A stretch of 12,245 nt of DNA from Nitrospinota bacterium (lineage in GTDB: Bacteria; UBA8248), in NCBI GenBank assembly GCA_046581755.1, contig JAYGFR010000208.1, positions 1 to 12,245 of the forward strand, written 5' to 3'. The first letter of the stretch is position 1. Every line of letters starts with the position of its first letter. Positions 8,277 to 12,245 of the stretch are shown piece by piece. The notes beneath the pieces were generated by a model, which saw only the letters and a list, made by a program, of their open reading frames with translations, was not told where the DNA came from and ran no database searches. Both the position numbers and the translations under genes were made by a program.

Positions 8277-8308
8277 TGGATTTCCCGAAATCCATTAGCC
8301 ATTTGGCT
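8277..8308. repeat. Two adjacent short inverted repeats upstream of the gspC RBS
   Basis: TGGATTTC-CC-GAAATCCA (8277-8294) and AGCCA-TT-TGGCT (8297-8308). No U-tract, so not called a terminator. Confidence 0.5.
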
Positions 8309-8344
8309 CACCTTTAGGAATCCGTTCATTGGCACCGGCCGAAT

Positions 8345-10786
8345 TTACCAAAATACGCCGCCCCCCAATTCTTTTTCCACCGTGGATACCCCGAAGAAGC
8401 GGTACATACGCGGATTATGGAGGCTATCAGACAGGTTGGTCCTTCGGCGGACGGGCTCGTTGATCTTCTCTCGAGTTCCCCGGGGAGGGGGGAGCGAAAG
8501 AGATTTGGGAGAGGCTTTCGGGCCATCCGCGCCGCCGGGCGGAGGCGCCATCACTTCCTTGAAACGCGGATCCGCCCGAACTTGTCCGTAAAGGGGGTGG
8601 ACGAAAATCTTTCTCAAGAATTTGGCGCTAAGCCGGTCTCCAAAATCGAGCAACAGCAGCAATGCATCGTTCAACCGATTCTTCGAAACATAGAGATCCA
8701 GGAGCGACATTACAGCAGATTCATCGCTTTTCCCGGGTGAGTTTCGAATCCACCGCAAGGCGAACCGGTAGTCCTCGATGGCTTCGTCTTGATGGCCCTG
8801 CAGCACACGTATTCTCGCCCGCTCGTAATAACCCTCAAATTGTCTGGGATTCAATTCGATGGCACGGTCCAACAATTTTATGGACTCATCCCAATTTCCC
8901 TTTGCGGCCTTGATCATTCCAAGAAGAAAAACCGGCTGCCAGTTCCGTTTGTCCATTTGTGCCGCCTGGAGCGCAGCCTCTTCAGCCTTTTCGTAAAATT
9001 CGAGCCCAAACAGGGAGCGCGCCATGAGCATTTGGAAGGTCAGCCGGTTCCGGCTCTGGTAAATCCGGTTTTTCATCAACCGCGCGGCGGTCCCGAATTT
9101 CTTTTCCTGAATTAACGATTTGGTCCGCAGGACAGTAAAAAATTCTTCAATTTGCCTCGGAAATTCCAACCGGTACCACCGCCTGTTTTTTCCAAACACG
9201 AGGGACTGTCCATCCGGACTGAATACCGGCCTTCCGGCCCCCTTGAGTTCCGGATGATCGAGGCTGACGGAATTTTTCGATATGACGTGGGTCAGATGAA
9301 GGCCGTTTTCTCCGGAAAGAATCCACCTTCCGTCTGGCGAAAACGCGGGATAGCTGGCCGCGGCCCTCCCCCCCGGAAGCCGAACCCTACCCAGGACCTG
9401 CCCAGTCCGGCTCAGCCACAGGAGAAAATCCTCCTGGGCCATAACAATCCGCTGGCCCTCTTGGCTAAACCTGGGATGACGAATTCCCGGCTCTTGGAAT
9501 AAAGTCGAAACCTTCCCCGAATCCAGGTTCACGAGATGAACGCCTTGGAGGGCGACGCACAAAAGGGCATTCCCTTTTCGCGAATAGCTGGGTTCCCGGC
9601 AATACCCCCGGTGCAGTTTTTTAAAGGTTCCCCTTTGGGAATCAAAGTCGCCGATGATGCGTCCCGGACCCGTACCGTTTGTTACAAGAAAATGTCCGTC
9701 ACTTCCAAAAAATTCCGTAAACCCCGAGGAACTGGCTGCTCTCCGGGCGAAATGCATTCCATCCCTTGAAACCGTGTAAATTTGAAACCGCTCGCCGTCT
9801 CCGAACGTAAACACCAAATTTCCGCGAGGTCCGAACGAAGGGGGTCCGACATCGTTGTCCCGAAAATTTCGGCTGTCTTCTTCGAGGGTCAACGGCCTGA
9901 GCTTCGAATCGTAGCCCACCTCCCAGGTGACCTTTATGGCCTGGCCTTTGATTCGGTCACGGCGCGCCACCGCACGGATGGCCCTTTGATGTCCCTTTCT
10001 CGCATCGGATTTTGTAGAATCCAGCGAAAGAGCGGTCTCGAATACCCGTTTTGCCCGATCATAATCTCCCGCCGCCATAGCGGACTCTCCCAGGAGGATA
10101 TGCCCTTCCGTGTCCTCGGGGACAATAGCCAAAAACGATTCAAATTCCTCGACAGCATTTAGGTGCCGCCCTTTTTCCTTATAAATCTTTCCAAGGGCAT
10201 AAGATGCAAGGGCATAGCGTGGACTTGAAATCTTCGCCTGGACCAAAAGCCTTTCCGCCTGAACAGGAAATCCCAGGGCAAGATACATCCGGGCAAGTAA
10301 TTCACGGTCGCCGGCATTTAATTGCCCATACTGGTTTTCCTCGAATTTTTGGATCGCCTCCGCATACAGGCGAATGGCTTCTTTTCCCCCGCCTTTCCGT
10401 GACTGAAGCACCTGAGCGAGATAGAAGAAAATTACAGGCCGGTTTGCCTTGCCCTTGTTATAGGCTTCCTCGAGGAACAAAAGGGTCTGCGGCCGATAGC
10501 CTGCGCTTTTTTTATTGCCCTCCTTTATCCCCAGGTGCTCGCTTAACAAGTCATAGCGGTAGGACACCACGGCAGAGCGCAGGCCGAGCGCCTCTGCCTT
10601 TCGGTACGCCTCCCACGCACCACGGTAATCGAGCCGCTCATACGCAGTATTTCCTTGGGAAACGAAAATGTTGGCCGCCGGAACGGATTTCGACCGGCGG
10701 ACAAACATCCCCCCGCAACCGGTTATAAATGAAAATGTCAGAACAAGAATCAAATAATGCCGGCTTATCCGAATGAAGGAATTCAC
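8345..10786 (-). CDS. Predicted lipoprotein with N-terminal TPRs, central TolB-like (PD40) beta-propeller and C-terminal TPRs
   Basis: GTG at 10786 (purine-rich AGGGGTGG upstream) gives signal peptide VNSFIRISRHYLILVLTFSFITG|C with an I-T-G-C lipobox (Cys codon 10717..10715). TPR-type helices (ASYALGKIY..AVEEFE, GHILLGE..AKRVFE.AL.LD, YYERARI..AIEDYR.AL). Repeated PxFSxDG blades (PSFGPRG, PSYSRKG, PRFSQEG, PAFSPDG, PVFSPDG). The ORF-track start at 10828 (TTG) is the less likely alternative. Confidence 0.8.
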   Translation of the reverse strand: MNSFIRISRHYLILVLTFSFITGCGGMFVRRSKSVPAANIFVSQGNTAYERLDYRGAWEAYRKAEALGLRSAVVSYRYDLLSEHLGIKEGNKKSAGYRPQTLLFLEEAYNKGKANRPVIFFYLAQVLQSRKGGGKEAIRLYAEAIQKFEENQYGQLNAGDRELLARMYLALGFPVQAERLLVQAKISSPRYALASYALGKIYKEKGRHLNAVEEFESFLAIVPEDTEGHILLGESAMAAGDYDRAKRVFETALSLDSTKSDARKGHQRAIRAVARRDRIKGQAIKVTWEVGYDSKLRPLTLEEDSRNFRDNDVGPPSFGPRGNLVFTFGDGERFQIYTVSRDGMHFARRAASSSGFTEFFGSDGHFLVTNGTGPGRIIGDFDSQRGTFKKLHRGYCREPSYSRKGNALLCVALQGVHLVNLDSGKVSTLFQEPGIRHPRFSQEGQRIVMAQEDFLLWLSRTGQVLGRVRLPGGRAAASYPAFSPDGRWILSGENGLHLTHVISKNSVSLDHPELKGAGRPVFSPDGQSLVFGKNRRWYRLEFPRQIEEFFTVLRTKSLIQEKKFGTAARLMKNRIYQSRNRLTFQMLMARSLFGLEFYEKAEEAALQAAQMDKRNWQPVFLLGMIKAAKGNWDESIKLLDRAIELNPRQFEGYYERARIRVLQGHQDEAIEDYRFALRWIRNSPGKSDESAVMSLLDLYVSKNRLNDALLLLLDFGDRLSAKFLRKIFVHPLYGQVRADPRFKEVMAPPPGGADGPKASPKSLSLPPPRGTREKINEPVRRRTNLSDSLHNPRMYRFFGVSTVEKELGGGVFW

Positions 10787-10831
10787 TTCACCACCCCTTG
10801 ACAACCGAATTGTCCTATCAGCATCCAAACC

Positions 10832-10851
10832 ATTGATTATTTTACATCAAT
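10832..10851. promoter_or_regulatory. Palindrome ATTGAT-N8-ATCAAT, candidate operator
   Basis: Perfect 6-bp inverted repeat with 8-nt spacer directly downstream of the putative -10 element. Confidence 0.35.
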
Positions 10852-10879
10852 ACTATACTCATTTCATTTAAACTGCCAA
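10852..10879 (-). promoter_or_regulatory. Putative sigma70 promoter for the T2SS operon
   Basis: On the minus strand TTGGCA (10879..10874), 16 nt, TATAGT (10857..10852). Each hexamer matches consensus at 5/6; it lies ~65 nt upstream of the proposed GTG in an AT-rich intergenic region. Confidence 0.45.
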
Positions 10880-11053
10880 GGTTTCCTATTTGCCAATTGC
10901 GTATTTTTTGATTTTCACGAATCTATGACCATATAAAACCCGGTTTACAGGATAAATATTTTTTAGTTGCTCCAAATAATTCTATATATTGAGGTATTGT
11001 TAATCGTAGACCACAATCAGTGGGAAAATGAGTACACTACGGGCATTGAATCC

Positions 11054-11171
11054 TGTGCATGGCGAATTACCAAATCACCACCTATACGGAAATCTTCATA
11101 GCCTTTCGCAATTATTGGTCATATTCGCATAAGCGAAGGAAATTAGATTGTGCATGGCGAATTCCTAATCA
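11054..11171. repeat. Direct repeat TGTGCATGGCGAATT x2 (probable IS terminal sequence, duplicated)
   Basis: Identical 15-mers at 11054-11068 and 11149-11163. Similarity extends as ACCAAATCA vs -CCTAATCA, the latter ending on the transposase stop codon. Confidence 0.85.
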
Positions 11172-12245
11172 AGCGGCAATAGGAGTCTGAAATAGACCTC
11201 GGCAATGTGAGAGCCAGGTAGAATTGCTCAATTCCGCCTGAGTAGGCGGTTCCTTCCCTGCGGCTTCATTGGGTGTTTTTAGGTTCAGTGCCTGATGAAC
11301 CCGGTGTGCATTGAAGTAATCCTGAAACTCCCCCAGCTTCTCTTCCAGATCGCGCCCGTTCCAGAAAAGAGTGTGGTCCATATATTCCCGCCGGATCGTG
11401 CCAACGAGCCGCTCGGTAAAGGGATAGGATACCGGCACATGGGGACCGGTTTTGATTTCGTCAATTTCCCGAATCCGCAAATTGGCTCTCCATTGGTGGT
11501 AGCGGAACAAGGGATCGTGGTCTGAACTGAGATAGCGGGGCGCGTCTTTACCGAGCGTGGCCTGATTGAACATCCGGCATAGTGCGGGACCGTCGACATC
11601 GCCGGCATACACACTAAAGCCGATGATCCGCCGGGTGAACTGGTCCATGACAACAAGGACCCAGTGGGTTTTGAGGAAAATGGACTCGCACCGGAACAAG
11701 TCAACACTCCAGAGACTATCCTTCATGTAGCCGATAAAGGAGAGCCATGAGGGTCCATCTCCTGGCTCTGGTCGATAATGCTTGGCAAGTACTCGTCTCA
11801 CGACGTCTTTATCGATGTCGATGACAAAGGATCTGGCGATTTCCAGGGCGATCCTGGGAGTGCCGAATCTGGGATTGCGGCGCTTCATCTCCAGGATAAG
11901 CTGGATGAGCTCTGGTAATGGCCCCTCGGGCCCTGGCTTGTTTCTTCTTTTAGAGGAATAGAGAAGGCGATATTTTCGTTTCTTAAGTGCCTGGTGATAT
12001 CCCAGGATTGTCGATGGCTTGATGGTGATGGCCGACCGTGAGGTGCGCCGTGGACCAAGAAGAGTAGCTAAGAATCCCAAAAAGAGCCGGTCAAGAGGCG
12101 TGAGATTGGGTGCCCGCAGCCGGGATCGATTGATGACAAGTAGTTGCTGCTTAAGGAGGAGATTTTCGGAGACGAGAGCCTTCGCACCGCCAGGTCTGAG
12201 TAGTTTGGAAATCGTGGCCAGGATGTGGGCGAAAACAACGAATAG
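11149..12245 (-). mobile_element. Insertion sequence (IS481-like), right end at 11149 (or 11054); left end outside window
   Basis: Single-ORF DDE transposase followed 5 nt after its stop by AATTCGCCATGCACA-3', i.e. a TGT...ACA terminus as known for IS481-family elements. The TSD cannot be checked without the other end. Confidence 0.7.
11169..12245 (-). CDS. DDE transposase / integrase-core (rve) protein, IS481-like; 5' end just outside window
   Basis: The frame stays open for 55 more codons upstream of the ORF-track TTG at 12080 (LFVVFAHILATISKLLRPGGAKALVSENLLLKQQLLVINRSR...). HTH-like region (NPRFGTPRIALEI), DDE residues in WSVDLF, SSDHD and FTERLVGTIRRE, and YFNAHRVHQAL. Confidence 0.9.
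   Translation of the reverse strand, partial: LFVVFAHILATISKLLRPGGAKALVSENLLLKQQLLVINRSRLRAPNLTPLDRLFLGFLATLLGPRRTSRSAITIKPSTILGYHQALKKRKYRLLYSSKRRNKPGPEGPLPELIQLILEMKRRNPRFGTPRIALEIARSFVIDIDKDVVRRVLAKHYRPEPGDGPSWLSFIGYMKDSLWSVDLFRCESIFLKTHWVLVVMDQFTRRIIGFSVYAGDVDGPALCRMFNQATLGKDAPRYLSSDHDPLFRYHQWRANLRIREIDEIKTGPHVPVSYPFTERLVGTIRREYMDHTLFWNGRDLEEKLGEFQDYFNAHRVHQALNLKTPNEAAGKEPPTQAELSNSTWLSHCRGLFQTPIAA

Noticed and set aside
8326..8526. 66-aa minus-strand ORF overlapping the lipoprotein tail in another frame
   Set aside because: No RBS, no recognisable motif, and almost fully overlapping; there is no evidence for a frameshift without read data.
344..10728. Numerous plus-strand ORFs (61-192 aa) and short alternative-frame minus ORFs in the track
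   Set aside because: All lie inside well-supported minus-strand gsp/TPR genes and show no recognisable motifs; treated as shadow ORFs.
10863..10879. Possible sigma54 promoter (TTGGCAGTTTAAATGA on minus strand)
   Set aside because: The -12 position is GA rather than the conserved GC; a sigma70 reading fits better.
11054..11163. Possible CRISPR-like or attC-like array
   Set aside because: Only two 15-bp copies with an 80-bp spacer, no cas or tyrosine integrase gene, and no further copies found in 10830-11050; better explained as IS ends.
11285..11707. 140-aa alternative-frame ORF within the transposase (IS3-type frameshift product?)
   Set aside because: The main frame already encodes the HTH and complete DDE domain continuously, so no frameshift is needed.

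Overview
The window is almost entirely one minus-strand operon encoding a type II secretion system (T2SS). In transcription order it holds an ~813-aa predicted lipoprotein (TPR / TolB-like beta-propeller / TPR), gspC (with PDZ), gspD (secretin), gspE (ATPase), gspF, a long PilM/PilN-like gspL, gspM, and the first 35 codons of a pseudopilin (GFTLIE) that runs off the left edge and is missing from the ORF track. Upstream is an AT-rich region with a plausible sigma70 promoter and an overlapping palindrome. Beyond that is an IS481-like DDE (rve) transposase whose N-terminus lies past the right edge and whose TGT-initiated end sequence occurs twice, 95 bp apart. Most worth following up: the lipoprotein heading the operon (a candidate undescribed pilotin/accessory subunit), an Asp->Ala change in the conserved TIEDPVE Asp box of GspE, a degenerate MshEN (c-di-GMP) module on GspE, the C-D-E-F-L-M-pseudopilin gene order, polybasic inserts in GspC/GspD, and the duplicated IS end. 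No database searches were run; family calls come from motif recognition.
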